Shown: one piece after another, positions 21,546 to 32,211 of the stretch
How positions within the stretch are numbered: position 1 is the first letter of the stretch
How the letters are laid out: each line of letters begins with the position of its first letter
NCBI GenBank assembly: GCA_038321865.1
Contig: JBBQFH010000002.1
Location: forward strand, 1 to 64,000
Length of the DNA stretch: 64,000 nt
Reading direction: 5' to 3'
Source of the DNA: Gemmatimonadales bacterium
Lineage (GTDB): Bacteria > Gemmatimonadota > Gemmatimonadetes > Gemmatimonadales > GWC2-71-9
The notes under the pieces: generated by a model
The model's database searches: none
The model's input: the letters and a program-made list of their open reading frames with translations, nothing else
What the model was told of the DNA's origin: nothing
Program-made: the position numbers and the translations under genes

Positions 21546-22726
21546 CAATCCATCTGCCGGCGAATGAACGTTGGAATTTCCATGTCGGGCATCTCGAACG
21601 TGCCCGGTGCGCTGGGCGGTGGTGTCTGGGGCGCCGCCGTCCGCGGCTGGGCCCGCGGCTGCACCGGCGTGCCGACCGGCGTGGCGTTGGGCAGCGACGG
21701 GCGCTTCTGAGGGAAGGTCAGGACGCTGGCGCTGTTGCGGCCGCCGGTCGTCGGTTCGGTGCCGACCTGGCGGTCGAACCCGGTGGCGATGACCGTGACG
21801 CGGATCTCGCCATGCATGGCCGGATCGTTGCCGGCGCCGAAGATGATCTCGGCATCGTCGCCGACGGCGTCGTGGATGATATCGTTGATCTGCGTGGTCT
21901 CGCCCAGCGTCAGATCGTCCCCGCCGATGATGTTGATCAGCACGCCCGTGGCGCCGGCGATCGACACGTTGTCGAGCAGCGGGCTGGAAATGGCCTGCTG
22001 GGCGGCTTCGAGCGCGCGGTTCTCGCCGCGACCGATACCGGTGCCCATCAGCGCCGCGCCACCGTTCTGCATGACGGTCCGCACATCGGCGAAGTCCACG
22101 TTGATGATGCCGGTCGATGTGATCAGGCTGGCGATGCCCTGGGTGGCGTGCAGCAGCACCTCGTCGGCCTTCTTGAGGGCGTCCTGGAACGGGATTCCCT
22201 TCCCGACGACGGCGAGCAGCCGCTCGTTCGGTACGACGATCATCGTGTCCACGCTCTTGCGCATCTCCCCGATTCCCATTTCGGCCTGGCGCATGCGGCG
22301 CCGGCCCTCGAACAGGAACGGCTTGGTCACGATCCCGACGGTCAGGGCGCCGGATTCGCGGGCCATCTGGGCCACGATCGGCGCCGCGCCGGTACCAGTG
22401 CCGCCGCCCATGCCGCAGGTGACGAAGACCATGTCGGCGCCCTGGAGCAGCGGCATGATCTCGTCACGGTTCTCCTCGATCGCCTGCCGGCCGATCTCGG
22501 GCCGCGCGCCGGCGCCGAGTCCCCGCGTCAGCTTCTTGCCGATCTGGATCTTGATGTCGGACCGGGAGGTGCTCAGTGCCTGCGAATCGGTGTTCACCGA
22601 GATGAACTCGACGCCCTGCAGGCCTTCCTCGATCATGCGGTTGACGGCGTTGCCGCCGCCGCCGCCGACACCCACGACCTTCATGCGGGCGTTCTGGGCG
22701 GCGCTCTCTTCCAGCTCAAAGATCAT
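21545..22726 (-). CDS. ftsZ: Cell division protein FtsZ
   Basis: [26 protein letters not shown]-terminal [11 protein letters not shown]. Confidence 0.99.
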   Translation of the reverse strand: MIFELEESAAQNARMKVVGVGGGGGNAVNRMIEEGLQGVEFISVNTDSQALSTSRSDIKIQIGKKLTRGLGAGARPEIGRQAIEENRDEIMPLLQGADMVFVTCGMGGGTGTGAAPIVAQMARESGALTVGIVTKPFLFEGRRRMRQAEMGIGEMRKSVDTMIVVPNERLLAVVGKGIPFQDALKKADEVLLHATQGIASLITSTGIINVDFADVRTVMQNGGAALMGTGIGRGENRALEAAQQAISSPLLDNVSIAGATGVLINIIGGDDLTLGETTQINDIIHDAVGDDAEIIFGAGNDPAMHGEIRVTVIATGFDRQVGTEPTTGGRNSASVLTFPQKRPSLPNATPVGTPVQPRAQPRTAAPQTPPPSAPGTFEMPDMEIPTFIRRQMD

Positions 22727-22747
22727 GACGTTTCCTCTCGGCCCGAC

Positions 22748-24004
22748 TCAAAAGAAATCCTGGAGCCAGCGTTTCACCGGGTTGATCAGCTTCTCCACGG
22801 CCTGCGACGATCGCCGGCCTCCTGCCCCGACTCCGTTGCCCGCGGCCGTCTGTCGCGCCCCGTAGAGCAGCAGGCCGACCGGCACGGACATGACCGGCGA
22901 CTCGACACTGTCGGCCAGACCCCGCAGACGCTGCCCCGGCACCCCGATCCGGGCCGGCGCCGCGAACACGTCGCGCGCCAGCTCGACAATGCCGGGGGCC
23001 TGGGCGCCTCCGCCGGTCAGGATCACTCCGGCAGGCAGCCGCTGGTGATAGCCGGCTCGAGTCACCTCATCCAGGGCGTACTCCAGGATTTCCTGGAGCC
23101 GCATGTGCATGATATGCGCCAGCACGCGCCGTTGCGCGTTCCGCGGTCCCTGCGCAGGCGTACTGGGCAGGTCGAACAGGTCCGCCTCGGGCACCAGCGG
23201 CTCGTAGGCCGCCCCAAACCGCTCCTTGAGGCGTTCGGCATCGTGCTGCGTGACCTGGAGCCCGTGCACGATATCGGCCGTTACGTGCCCGCCCGCGCAG
23301 AGGAGCGAGCCCGTGTGCCGGATTTTGCCATTGTGGAAGATAGATACGTTGGTCGATCCACCGCCCAGCTCGACGATCGCACAGCCCAGCTCCCGCTCGT
23401 CGGGCGTCAGGACCGCCAGCGACGCCGCGAGTGATTCCAGCACGAACTCGCCCACGTGATACCCGGCGCGCTCGACGCATTTCCGCAGGTTCTGCAGCGC
23501 GCTCGTCAGCACCGTCACCAGATAGACCTCGGCCTCGAGCCGTGAGCCGGTCATGCCGATCGGCTCGCTGATGCCGGGCTGCTGGTCGATCAGGTAATCC
23601 TGCGGGATCGCATGGAGCAGCTCGTGGTCGCGGCCGAAGGAGACGTTGCTGGCCATGTCGTTGACGCGGGCCACATCGCCGGTACGGATTTCGTCGCCGG
23701 TGACGCTGACCATCCCATGGGAGCTCCGGCCCGCCACGTGCTCCCCGGCGATACCGCAATACACGGTGCCGACCTCGACGCCGGCCATCCGCTGGGCGTC
23801 CTTCATCGCTTTCGAAATCGCGCGGGTCGTCTCCTCGATGTCCCGGACCACGCCGCGCCGGACGCCGCTGCTCCGCTCAACCCCGAGCCCGAGGATCTTC
23901 ACGGTTGGATCCCGGGCGTCGCCGGTGACTTCCGCGATCAGCGCGGTCACCTTGGTCGAGCCGAGATCGAGTGCGGCAACCAGTTGGTGGGGCTGCGCGC
24001 TCAC
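22748..24004 (-). CDS. ftsA: Cell division protein FtsA
   Basis: LDLGSTK, ELGGGST, AERLK, LTGGGA, amphipathic C-terminus VKRWLQDFF. Confidence 0.97.
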   Translation of the reverse strand: MSAQPHQLVAALDLGSTKVTALIAEVTGDARDPTVKILGLGVERSSGVRRGVVRDIEETTRAISKAMKDAQRMAGVEVGTVYCGIAGEHVAGRSSHGMVSVTGDEIRTGDVARVNDMASNVSFGRDHELLHAIPQDYLIDQQPGISEPIGMTGSRLEAEVYLVTVLTSALQNLRKCVERAGYHVGEFVLESLAASLAVLTPDERELGCAIVELGGGSTNVSIFHNGKIRHTGSLLCAGGHVTADIVHGLQVTQHDAERLKERFGAAYEPLVPEADLFDLPSTPAQGPRNAQRRVLAHIMHMRLQEILEYALDEVTRAGYHQRLPAGVILTGGGAQAPGIVELARDVFAAPARIGVPGQRLRGLADSVESPVMSVPVGLLLYGARQTAAGNGVGAGGRRSSQAVEKLINPVKRWLQDFF

Positions 24005-24672
24005 GCGCCACCCCGGACGATCACCTGGCCGGCGAACCGTCCATCGAGCTCCCGATAGCTCCGGCCAGTGCTGCTGAGCTTGTCTTCGACTGCCGTGACC
24101 AAACGCATGTCCTCCGCCGACGCGTCAGGCCTGAACCGCAGGCTCTTTCCGCCGACATCCAGTACCACGTCCTGCTGCTCCCGACGCGCTGTCGCCACCC
24201 GCTCGAACAGCGTCGGATCGAACTCCTGAACCCGCGCCAGCAACCGCGCGACCACCGCATCCACCGTCTCCGCGACCGGGAGATCGGCCCCGCTCCGCGC
24301 CGGATCGAACGGCAGCAGCCGCCCCCGCGCATCCAGCAGCCGCATGGCATCGCCGACCGGGGTCACCGCCACTGCCGCCATTTCGTCCACTTCGATCCGA
24401 AGGGTGCCTGGCAGCCGGCGACCGACCGTCACGCGTGCCACACCGCGAATCGCCCGGGCCCGCGCCGCGATGCTCCGTGTGTCGTCGAATACACTCATCG
24501 ACGCCGGAATCCGCAGCGCCGGCAGGAGTTCGGCCGGTGCCGCGTAGCGGAGGCCGACGAACTCGACCCGGCGCACGCGGAAAAAGCTCATTCGCTTTGC
24601 GAGGGCCGGCGCCCCGGCTCCCACGCCCGCGGCGGCCGCTACGATACCGAATGCGATCCACCCCGGCTTCAT
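24001..24672 (-). CDS. ftsQ: Cell division protein FtsQ/DivIB (POTRA)
   Basis: TM helix, F.VRRVEFVG POTRA, RRLPGTLRIEVDE, ELDGRF; position between murC and ftsA. Confidence 0.85.
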   Translation of the reverse strand: MKPGWIAFGIVAAAAGVGAGAPALAKRMSFFRVRRVEFVGLRYAAPAELLPALRIPASMSVFDDTRSIAARARAIRGVARVTVGRRLPGTLRIEVDEMAAVAVTPVGDAMRLLDARGRLLPFDPARSGADLPVAETVDAVVARLLARVQEFDPTLFERVATARREQQDVVLDVGGKSLRFRPDASAEDMRLVTAVEDKLSSTGRSYRELDGRFAGQVIVRGGA

Positions 24673-26042
24673 GCCGCCGCGAGCAACGCCGCGAGCTCGG
24701 GCCCGAGCCGCGTGATATCGCCGGCGCCAAGGGTCAGGACCACGTCACCCGGCCGAAGCAGCGCCAGAACGCGGTGGCTGAGGCTGGCGCGGTCCGGCTC
24801 AAACAGCACCTCGGCCCCCGCCCGCGCCGCCGCCTCCGCAACCTGGCGGCCGCTCACCCCGGGAATCGGCGCTTCCCGGGCGGCGTAGATCTCGGTGACC
24901 ACCGCCAGATCCGCCGCGGCCAGCGCGACGCCCATCGCGGCGGCGTGCTGCTCGGTGCGGGAGTAGAGGTGCGGCTGGAAAACGGCCACGAGCCGGCGCC
25001 CCGGATAGGCCTGCCGTGCCGCGGCGAGCGTCGCCACCAGCTCGGACGGGTGATGCGCGTAGTCGTCCACCAGCTCGACCCCCCCCGACTCGCCCAATCG
25101 GTCGAAGCGGCGACCCACTCCCTCGTACGCTGCGAGCGCCTCCAGCGCCGGCTCGATCGGCGCGTCGAGCGCGAGGACCGCTCCGAGCGCACCGACGGCG
25201 TTTCGCAGATTGTGCATGCCCGGCACGCGGAGTCGAAGCACGACCTGTCGTCCCCCAGGCAGGGTAATGCTGGCGCAGGTACCACCCGGCGTCTGCTCTA
25301 CGTCCGAAATGCGGAGCGCGGCATCGGCCGCAGTCCCGAAGCGCCATACCCGGTTGCCGAGCCGATTGGCAACCCGTCGGGCTCCCGCATCATCGCCGCC
25401 GACGAGCGCGATCTCCGCCCGGCCGGCGAACTCGACAAACGCGCCCTCCAGTGCGTCGACCGACCCGTAGCACTCCAGGTGATCGGCTTCGACGTTGTTG
25501 ACGATTGCGATGGTCGGATGAAGCGTCAGAAAGGCCTGGTCGAACTCATCGGCTTCGACCACGAACAGGGCATCGCCGGCCAGCTTCGCGTTTCCGCCCC
25601 ATCCACGCACTCGGCCTCCGGCCAGGCCGGTCGGCTGCAGGCCCCCTGCCGTCAGGGCCTCGGTCGTCATGACCGTTGTCGTCGTCTTGCCGTGCGTCCC
25701 CGCGGCCGCGACGGTCCGCGCACCGGCGATCAGTGCGGCCAGCGCTTCCTTGCGCGGGACCACCGGCACGCCGGTCGCACGGGCCTGGACCAGCTCGGGA
25801 TGATCGGACCTGACCGCCGCCGTGACGATCACCGCGCGGGCACCCGCCACGTGCGCTGCGTCGTGTCCCTGCTGGACGGCGACGCCCAGACTGGTCAGAT
25901 CGGCAGCGCCGGACACATCGTTGTCGCAGCCGGTGACCGGAATCCCCCGACGGCATGCAATGAGCGCAAGCGCGCTCATTCCCGCGCCGCCGATCCCCAT
26001 GAAATGCACCGGCCGCCGGTCATCGCTATCGAATAATTCCAT
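24669..26042 (-). CDS. murC: UDP-N-acetylmuramate--L-alanine ligase
   Basis: HFMGIGGAGMSAL, GTHGKTTTT, EADE, DDYAHHP, FQPHLYSRT. Confidence 0.97.
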   Translation of the reverse strand: MELFDSDDRRPVHFMGIGGAGMSALALIACRRGIPVTGCDNDVSGAADLTSLGVAVQQGHDAAHVAGARAVIVTAAVRSDHPELVQARATGVPVVPRKEALAALIAGARTVAAAGTHGKTTTTVMTTEALTAGGLQPTGLAGGRVRGWGGNAKLAGDALFVVEADEFDQAFLTLHPTIAIVNNVEADHLECYGSVDALEGAFVEFAGRAEIALVGGDDAGARRVANRLGNRVWRFGTAADAALRISDVEQTPGGTCASITLPGGRQVVLRLRVPGMHNLRNAVGALGAVLALDAPIEPALEALAAYEGVGRRFDRLGESGGVELVDDYAHHPSELVATLAAARQAYPGRRLVAVFQPHLYSRTEQHAAAMGVALAAADLAVVTEIYAAREAPIPGVSGRQVAEAAARAGAEVLFEPDRASLSHRVLALLRPGDVVLTLGAGDITRLGPELAALLAAA

Positions 26043-26052
26043 CTATCCCTGC

Positions 26053-27183
26053 TCAAGTTAAAATATTGCCCCGGTTCGCGAAAGGCCGCGGTTGTCCGGC
26101 AAGTGTCAAAAGAAGTGACACAATCTCCCGTGCCGCGTCCGGCCGGCCGCGCATCAGGGCCCCGCCAGCCATTTCCCGTCGCTCCCCGGGATCCGCGATG
26201 AGGGCCCCGACCGACGGCGCCAGCCCCTCGGCGACCATCCGTTCCTGCGGGAGATACCGGGCGGCGCCGGCGTCCGCCATCGCCCGGGCATTGTGGGTCT
26301 GGTGGTCAGCCGCCGCCGTCGGGAGCGGCACCAGCACGCTCGGGAGGCCCCAGGCGCACACCTCCGCCACGGTGATCATCCCCGCCCTCGACAGTACCAG
26401 ATCAGCCACCGCGTAGGCGTCGGCCATCGGGTCGAGAAAGTCGATGACCCAGACCATGGGCGGACGGTGGTAGCGCGCAAATTCTTCGTGGGTACCGCGG
26501 CCGGTCAACCAGATCACCGTCGTGCCGGCGGCACCCCCACCGTCGATCCACTCGGCAACGGCGCGATTGATCGCCAGGGCCCCCTGGCTGCCGCCGGTCA
26601 CGAGCAGGACCGGACCGGAGCCGGCAATCCCGAACCGCCCCAGCGCACCGGCGCGACGATCCGGCGTCGGCGGCACGATCGGATTGCCGGTGTCGACCAC
26701 CAGGGTATCGCGTCCCGGCCGCAGCCGCCTTCGGGCCTCGGGCAGCCCCAGGTAGATATGCCGCACCCTGCCGCTCAGCCAGCGCGTGGTGAGGCCCGGA
26801 TAGGCGTTCTGCTCCTGGATCGCGGTCGGGATGCCGCGGCGAGTAGCGGCCCAGACGACCGGCCCGGACGCGTATCCGCCCGTGCCAATGACTGCCGCCG
26901 GCTGCTCCGTCTCGAACAATCGGTCCAGCTGCCGGAGGAGCCGCCACGTGATCAGCGGCCAGCGCGCGTTCTTCCACCAGGTACGTCGGTAGATCGGCTC
27001 GGCCGCCAGCAAGTGAAAACGGAAATCGCGTGCCGGCAGGAGCCGGGCCTCGACGCCTCGAGTCGCCCCGACCAGGACGGGCTCGAAACCGCCCCCGGCC
27101 CCCCGGAGCGTGGCGGCAATGGCGAGGGCGGGCATCAGATGTCCGCCGGTGCCTCCGCCGGCGATGAGGATGCGGCCGCTCAC
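26053..27183 (-). CDS. murG: Lipid II GlcNAc transferase MurG
   Basis: GGGTGGH, GTGGYASGP, EQN, GNP, GGSQGA, HQTHNA. Start is GTG 27183 or 27192. Confidence 0.97.
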   Translation of the reverse strand: MSGRILIAGGGTGGHLMPALAIAATLRGAGGGFEPVLVGATRGVEARLLPARDFRFHLLAAEPIYRRTWWKNARWPLITWRLLRQLDRLFETEQPAAVIGTGGYASGPVVWAATRRGIPTAIQEQNAYPGLTTRWLSGRVRHIYLGLPEARRRLRPGRDTLVVDTGNPIVPPTPDRRAGALGRFGIAGSGPVLLVTGGSQGALAINRAVAEWIDGGGAAGTTVIWLTGRGTHEEFARYHRPPMVWVIDFLDPMADAYAVADLVLSRAGMITVAEVCAWGLPSVLVPLPTAAADHQTHNARAMADAGAARYLPQERMVAEGLAPSVGALIADPGERREMAGGALMRGRPDAAREIVSLLLTLAGQPRPFANRGNILT

Positions 27184-27207
27184 GCACGGCACCCGTCGGC
27201 GTCGAGC

Positions 27208-28377
27208 CTACGCGGCATGACGATCCCGTGGCGGCGTCTTTTCCGGGACCCTCTTGCCGCGGAGCCGGCCGATATTGATCAGGATGCCGGTGCCGAGCAG
27301 CGAGATGACGAGGCTGCTGCGGCCGTAGGACATGAACGGCAGCGTGAGGCCGGTGGTCGGCATCATGCCCAGCGTGACACCCATGTGCATCAGCGCCGTG
27401 ACCCCGACCGTCGCCGTGAGCCCGACCGCGAGGTATTGCCCAAACGGGTCGGATGCCGTGCGCGCGATCCGGAATCCGAGCCAGCAGAAGGTCGCGTAGA
27501 GTGCGATGATCACGCATGCGCCGAGGAATCCCCACTCCTCGCCAATGGTGCTGAAGAGAAAGTCGGAGGTCGCTTCCGGCAGGTAGCCCAGTTTCTGCTG
27601 CCCCTGCCCGAAGCCGACGCCCAGGATCCGCCCCGACCCGATGCCGACCAGCGAGTTGTGAATCTGGTACGCCTTGTCCGAGCTAGCCGAGCCGGCGTTC
27701 ATGAAGGTCATATAGCGGGCCACCCGGTACTGAGCGCCCTGAATGCGATTGTACGCCAGGAGCGCGCCGGCCACCGTGAGCAGGATGGCGTGGCCGATGC
27801 GGATCCCGGCGGTGAAGAGCACGATGCCGCCGAGGAGCGCGACCAGCGTCGCCATCGACAGGTTCGGTTCGAGCAAAATGAGGAGGGAGATGCCGCCCAG
27901 CACCACGACGAACGGCAGCACGCCACGCTTGAACTCGCGCACCTGGGTGCCCTTCTTCGTGGCCAGCATGGCGCACCAGATGACCACCACCAGCCGGGCC
28001 ACCTCGGACGGCTGGAAGTTGAAGCTGCCGACCTGAATCCAGCGGCGCGCGCCATTGAGCACCGGCGACCAGCGGTGGGTGAAGGGCAGAACCGGCACCA
28101 GAAGCAACGCGGCGGTCAGCAGCAGCAGGGGCCATGCGAGCTGGCGCCACCGGTAGTAGTCCACGCGGGAGGCAATCAGCAGCAGCACACCGCCGAGCAC
28201 GGCGCCGAGCACCTGCCGCAGGGCGAAGCCGATCCCGATGATGTGCCCCTTCGAGCTCATCACGCTGGTCGCGCTGTACGTGGTCACCAGGCCGACCACC
28301 AGCAGCGTCAGCGTGATGACGCCGAGCAGGCGGGTCTCCCAGCGGAGCTCGCCGGGATGGCGCACCGCCCTGGTCAT
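27208..28377 (-). CDS. ftsW: SEDS peptidoglycan glycosyltransferase FtsW
   Basis: NGARRWI, FQPSE, LPEATSDF, EEWGF, PTTGLTLPFMSYG. Confidence 0.96.
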   Translation of the reverse strand: MTRAVRHPGELRWETRLLGVITLTLLVVGLVTTYSATSVMSSKGHIIGIGFALRQVLGAVLGGVLLLIASRVDYYRWRQLAWPLLLLTAALLLVPVLPFTHRWSPVLNGARRWIQVGSFNFQPSEVARLVVVIWCAMLATKKGTQVREFKRGVLPFVVVLGGISLLILLEPNLSMATLVALLGGIVLFTAGIRIGHAILLTVAGALLAYNRIQGAQYRVARYMTFMNAGSASSDKAYQIHNSLVGIGSGRILGVGFGQGQQKLGYLPEATSDFLFSTIGEEWGFLGACVIIALYATFCWLGFRIARTASDPFGQYLAVGLTATVGVTALMHMGVTLGMMPTTGLTLPFMSYGRSSLVISLLGTGILINIGRLRGKRVPEKTPPRDRHAA

Positions 28378-29726
28378 GACATCCCTTCGACGGCGGCGCG
28401 GAACGCGGCGCCTCGCTCCTCATAGTTCAGGAACATGTCGTAGCTCGAGCAGGCGGGCGAGAGCAGTACGGCATCGCCCGGCCGGGCCAGCGCCGCGGCG
28501 TGGCGGAGCACGTCATCGAAGTCACCGGCCTCGACGATCGGCACGGTGCCGGCCAGGTCATGCACGATGACGCTTCGCGCTTCCCCGTACGCGACGACCG
28601 CCCGGCAGCGATCGACGAGCAGGGGCGCCACGCGCGAATACGGCTCGCCCTTGTGCCGCCCCCCCAGCAGCAGGACGAACGGCCGGTCGACCGCGGCGAT
28701 CGCGACTTCGGTCGACGTGATGTTGGTCGACTTGGAATCGTTGACCCAGAGGACGCCCCGCACCTCGCGCACCGGCTCGACCCGGTGCGCGATCGAGTGG
28801 AAGGTCCGGAGCCCCGCAGCGACCCGCTCGATCGTTCCACCGAGCGAGTCGCACACCAGGATGGCCGCCAGCGCGTTGGCGATGTTGTGGTCGCCCAGCA
28901 GGTGGAGCTCCGCGCGATCGAGCACGGGCAGGTCACCCAGCATCAGCGCATTGGCGTCGCGATCGTACCAGGCGTCGGCTCGCGTCGCGATTGAAAACCG
29001 CCGGTGCGATCCGGGGACCGAATGCGCCATGGCCTCCACCGCGAGGTCGTCTGCGTTCGTGATCCAGATGGAATCGGCGCTCGCATTCCGGAACATGAGC
29101 GCCTTGTCGCCGTAGTAGGCCGCCAGGGAGCTGTAGCGATCCAGATGATTGGGGGCGAGGTTGGTGAGGAGCCCGATGTCGGGATGCAGGTGCGGCGCGT
29201 CGTGCAGCTGGAAGGACGACAGCTCGAGCGCCAGCCAGCCGGGCGGATCGCTCATCCGGGCGACGTCGCACAGCGGGCGCCCGATGTTGCCGGCGGTCTC
29301 GGCGCGAAGGCCCATCGCCGTCATCAGATGCGCGATCAAGGACGTGGTCGTCGTCTTGCCGTTTGTCCCGGTGATCGCGACGCACCGGGTGCGGGTCAGC
29401 GACACGAACCCCAGGTCCACCTCGGCGTAGATCGGGATCCCGGCGCGCCTGGCCGTTTCCAGGGGCGGAACCTCCGGTGGAACGCCGGGCGCGACGACGA
29501 CGGCCACCGCCCGGGCGATGCGATCGAGGTCGTGCGAGCCAAGCTCCACATCGGCGCCCGCGGCCCGAAGCGGTGTTGCCCACTCCTCGAACCGCACGCC
29601 GGTGCCGGTGTCCGAGGCGTAGACCGGCACGAGATGGTCGCGCAGCAAGAGCGTCGCCGCGACCCCGCTCCGCCCCAGCCCGACGACCGCGACCTCCCTG
29701 CCGCTGGCCCGCCACTGTTCGATCAT
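28374..29726 (-). CDS. murD: UDP-MurNAc-L-Ala--D-glutamate ligase
   Basis: GLGRSG, TGTNGKTTT, GNIG, ELSSFQL, NDSKSTN, LLSPACSSYDMF. Confidence 0.97.
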   Translation of the reverse strand: MIEQWRASGREVAVVGLGRSGVAATLLLRDHLVPVYASDTGTGVRFEEWATPLRAAGADVELGSHDLDRIARAVAVVVAPGVPPEVPPLETARRAGIPIYAEVDLGFVSLTRTRCVAITGTNGKTTTTSLIAHLMTAMGLRAETAGNIGRPLCDVARMSDPPGWLALELSSFQLHDAPHLHPDIGLLTNLAPNHLDRYSSLAAYYGDKALMFRNASADSIWITNADDLAVEAMAHSVPGSHRRFSIATRADAWYDRDANALMLGDLPVLDRAELHLLGDHNIANALAAILVCDSLGGTIERVAAGLRTFHSIAHRVEPVREVRGVLWVNDSKSTNITSTEVAIAAVDRPFVLLLGGRHKGEPYSRVAPLLVDRCRAVVAYGEARSVIVHDLAGTVPIVEAGDFDDVLRHAAALARPGDAVLLSPACSSYDMFLNYEERGAAFRAAVEGMS

Positions 29727-30853
29727 CACCGGACCTTGAGCGTCGAGAGCGCCAGCAGCGCGCACAGCAGCCCGATTATGTAGAACCGGGTGACGACCGT
29801 CGTCTCGGCCCAGCCCAGCTTCTCGAAATGATGGTGCAGCGGCGCCATGCGGAAGACCCGGTGGGAGTCGGCGTATTCCTTGCCGCGCGTCCGCTTGAAC
29901 CACTTGTACACCGATGTCTGCAGCATCACGGACACCGTCTCCGCCGCGAACACGCCGCCGATGAGCAGCAGCAGGAACTCCGCCTTGAGCAGGATCGCGA
30001 CCGTGCCAAACGCGCCGCCGATCGCCAGGCTTCCGGTGTCACCCATGAAGACCTGCGCGGGATGGGCGTTGAACCACAGGAATCCGACGCATCCGCCAGT
30101 CAGAGCGGCACAGAAGATCGCGAGCTCGCCAGCCCCCGGCAGATAGAAGAGGTTCAGATACGTGGTGAGGTCGACCCGGCCCAGCAGGTAGGCGAAGATG
30201 GCGAACGCGAAGGCCGCGATGGCGCCGAGTCCCGTCGCGAGCCCATCGAGCCCGTCAGTGAGGTTGACCGCGTTGCTGCTCCCGATCGTGACCGTGGTAA
30301 CGAACAGGATGAACACCGGCACCGTGAAGTGGACCACCAGGTACTTGAAGAACGGGAGGGTCGTGGCCGTGGCGGGAATGATGTCCGGCGACACGACCGG
30401 CTTGAGCACCAGCAGCAGGCCCAGCAGGAGGCCGAATGAGCATTGGCCCACCAGCTTCCACTTGGCCACCAGCCCGCGCGACTTCCCCTGAACGATCTTG
30501 AGGTAGTCGTCAATGAAACCGATGCAGCCCATCCACAGCATGGCCAGCATCGCCACGATCACGAATCGATTCTCGAGCTGGGCCCAGAGGAGCGTCGGGA
30601 CGATCGTCGCGAGGAGGATGATGAGGCCGCCCATGGTCGGCGTGCCCCGCTTGGCCTGATGGCTCGCGGGGCCTTCCGCGCGGATCACCTGCCCCACCTT
30701 GTGGGCCCGCAGCCGGTCGATGATCGCCGGCCCGATGACGAACGCCAGCAGCAGCGCCGTGACCGTCGCGCCGGCCGCCCGAAAGCTGATGTAGTTGAAG
30801 AGGTTGAAAATGATGTACTTCTTGCCGAGCGGGGCAAGCAGGTAGTAGAACAT
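29726..30853 (-). CDS. mraY: Phospho-N-acetylmuramoyl-pentapeptide transferase
   Basis: GTPTMGG, GFIDDY, NAVNLTDGLDGL, VFMGDTGS, MAPLHHHFE. Confidence 0.98.
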   Translation of the reverse strand: MFYYLLAPLGKKYIIFNLFNYISFRAAGATVTALLLAFVIGPAIIDRLRAHKVGQVIRAEGPASHQAKRGTPTMGGLIILLATIVPTLLWAQLENRFVIVAMLAMLWMGCIGFIDDYLKIVQGKSRGLVAKWKLVGQCSFGLLLGLLLVLKPVVSPDIIPATATTLPFFKYLVVHFTVPVFILFVTTVTIGSSNAVNLTDGLDGLATGLGAIAAFAFAIFAYLLGRVDLTTYLNLFYLPGAGELAIFCAALTGGCVGFLWFNAHPAQVFMGDTGSLAIGGAFGTVAILLKAEFLLLLIGGVFAAETVSVMLQTSVYKWFKRTRGKEYADSHRVFRMAPLHHHFEKLGWAETTVVTRFYIIGLLCALLALSTLKVR

Positions 30854-32211
30854 CAGGCCTCGGGCGCGCTCGTCGTGGGGGCGGAAAGGAACGGAAGTAT
30901 ACGCTCAAGGGCGACGCCGCGGGATGCCTTCAGGATGACGAGCTCGTCGCCCCGGAGTCGCGGTCGGAGGAGGCGGCCGAGCGTGGCGACGTCGTCCGCG
31001 CGAATCAGCTGGTCGCCCAGGGCGCCGGCATAATTCCCCAGCGCCGGGACGAACTCGCCGGTGACCGCCAGGAGGTCGGGCCCCAGCGCGACCAGCTGGC
31101 GCGCCACGTCGGCGTGCAGCCGGGCCGACTCGGCGCCCAGTTCGCGCATGGTGCCGGCCACCACGACGAGCCGGCGGCCGGCGCGCATCGCTCCCGCAGT
31201 CGCGATCACCGAGGCGAAGGACTGCGGGTTCGCGTTGTAGCAGTCGTTGAGCACCGTCAGCCCGCCGAACTGCGTCATCTCCGTGCGTCCGCCCGGCAGG
31301 GTCAGCGTGCCGAGCGCCGACGCGGCGGCTTTGGGATCGAGCGCCAGCTCCTGCACGACGGCCCACGCCAGCAGCGCGTTGGCCGCCAGGTGGGCACCAG
31401 GATACGGCAGCGTCACGCGCTCCCCATCCACGCTGAACGCCGCCCGCCCCATGGTGTCGATCGTGAGATCGCTCGCAACCCGGTCGGCACCGGCGAGTCC
31501 GGCGGTGATCACCCGCCTCGCGAGCGACCGCGCGCCCTCAGCCAGCGCCCGCGGATCGGTCCCCACGACCGCGAGAGGGACATCACGGGCCAGCGCGAGC
31601 TTCTCGCGGAGCACCCCCTCGAGCGAGCCGAACCCTTCCAGATGCCCCGCCCCCACGTTGGTAATGATGGTCACGGTCGGCTCGATCACCTCGCGATAGC
31701 GGGCAATCTCCCCTGGAAGATTGGCGCCGGCCTCCACCACCAGCGCCTCGGTGTCCGCCGGGGATTCCAGGATCGTCAGCGGGACGCCGACGAGGTTGTT
31801 GAGATTGGCACGGGTCGCGTGCACCCGGTAGTGCGTCCGCAGCACTGCGGCCACCATCTCCTTGGTGCTCGTCTTGCCGTTCGTTCCGGTGATCGCGATG
31901 ACCGGACCGACCAGCTCGCGGCGTCGGGCGAGCGCGAGGTCGCCATAGGCCCGGAGCGTGTCGTCCACCTCGAGGAGAGCCAGCCCGGGAACCGGCGGAG
32001 TTCCGCGGCGCACCACGGCCGCGATGGCGCCGGCCGCCCGCGCGGCGCCGAGGTGGTCATGTCCATCGAAGCGCTCGCCGCTCAGCGCGACGAACAGCGC
32101 GCCCGCCTGAAGCGTGCGGGTGTCGGTCGAGATCTGGGAGAAGCCGGCGGGGCCGAAGCAGGAAGGCTGGTTCAGCGCGCGCGCGATAAATGCGCCCGGC
32201 CAGCGCATCAC
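30853..32211 (-). CDS. murF: UDP-MurNAc-tripeptide--D-Ala-D-Ala ligase
   Basis: GERFDGH, TGTNGKTSTKE, NLNNLVGVP, NDCYNANP, KASRG. Confidence 0.96.
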   Translation of the reverse strand: MMRWPGAFIARALNQPSCFGPAGFSQISTDTRTLQAGALFVALSGERFDGHDHLGAARAAGAIAAVVRRGTPPVPGLALLEVDDTLRAYGDLALARRRELVGPVIAITGTNGKTSTKEMVAAVLRTHYRVHATRANLNNLVGVPLTILESPADTEALVVEAGANLPGEIARYREVIEPTVTIITNVGAGHLEGFGSLEGVLREKLALARDVPLAVVGTDPRALAEGARSLARRVITAGLAGADRVASDLTIDTMGRAAFSVDGERVTLPYPGAHLAANALLAWAVVQELALDPKAAASALGTLTLPGGRTEMTQFGGLTVLNDCYNANPQSFASVIATAGAMRAGRRLVVVAGTMRELGAESARLHADVARQLVALGPDLLAVTGEFVPALGNYAGALGDQLIRADDVATLGRLLRPRLRGDELVILKASRGVALERILPFLSAPTTSAPEA

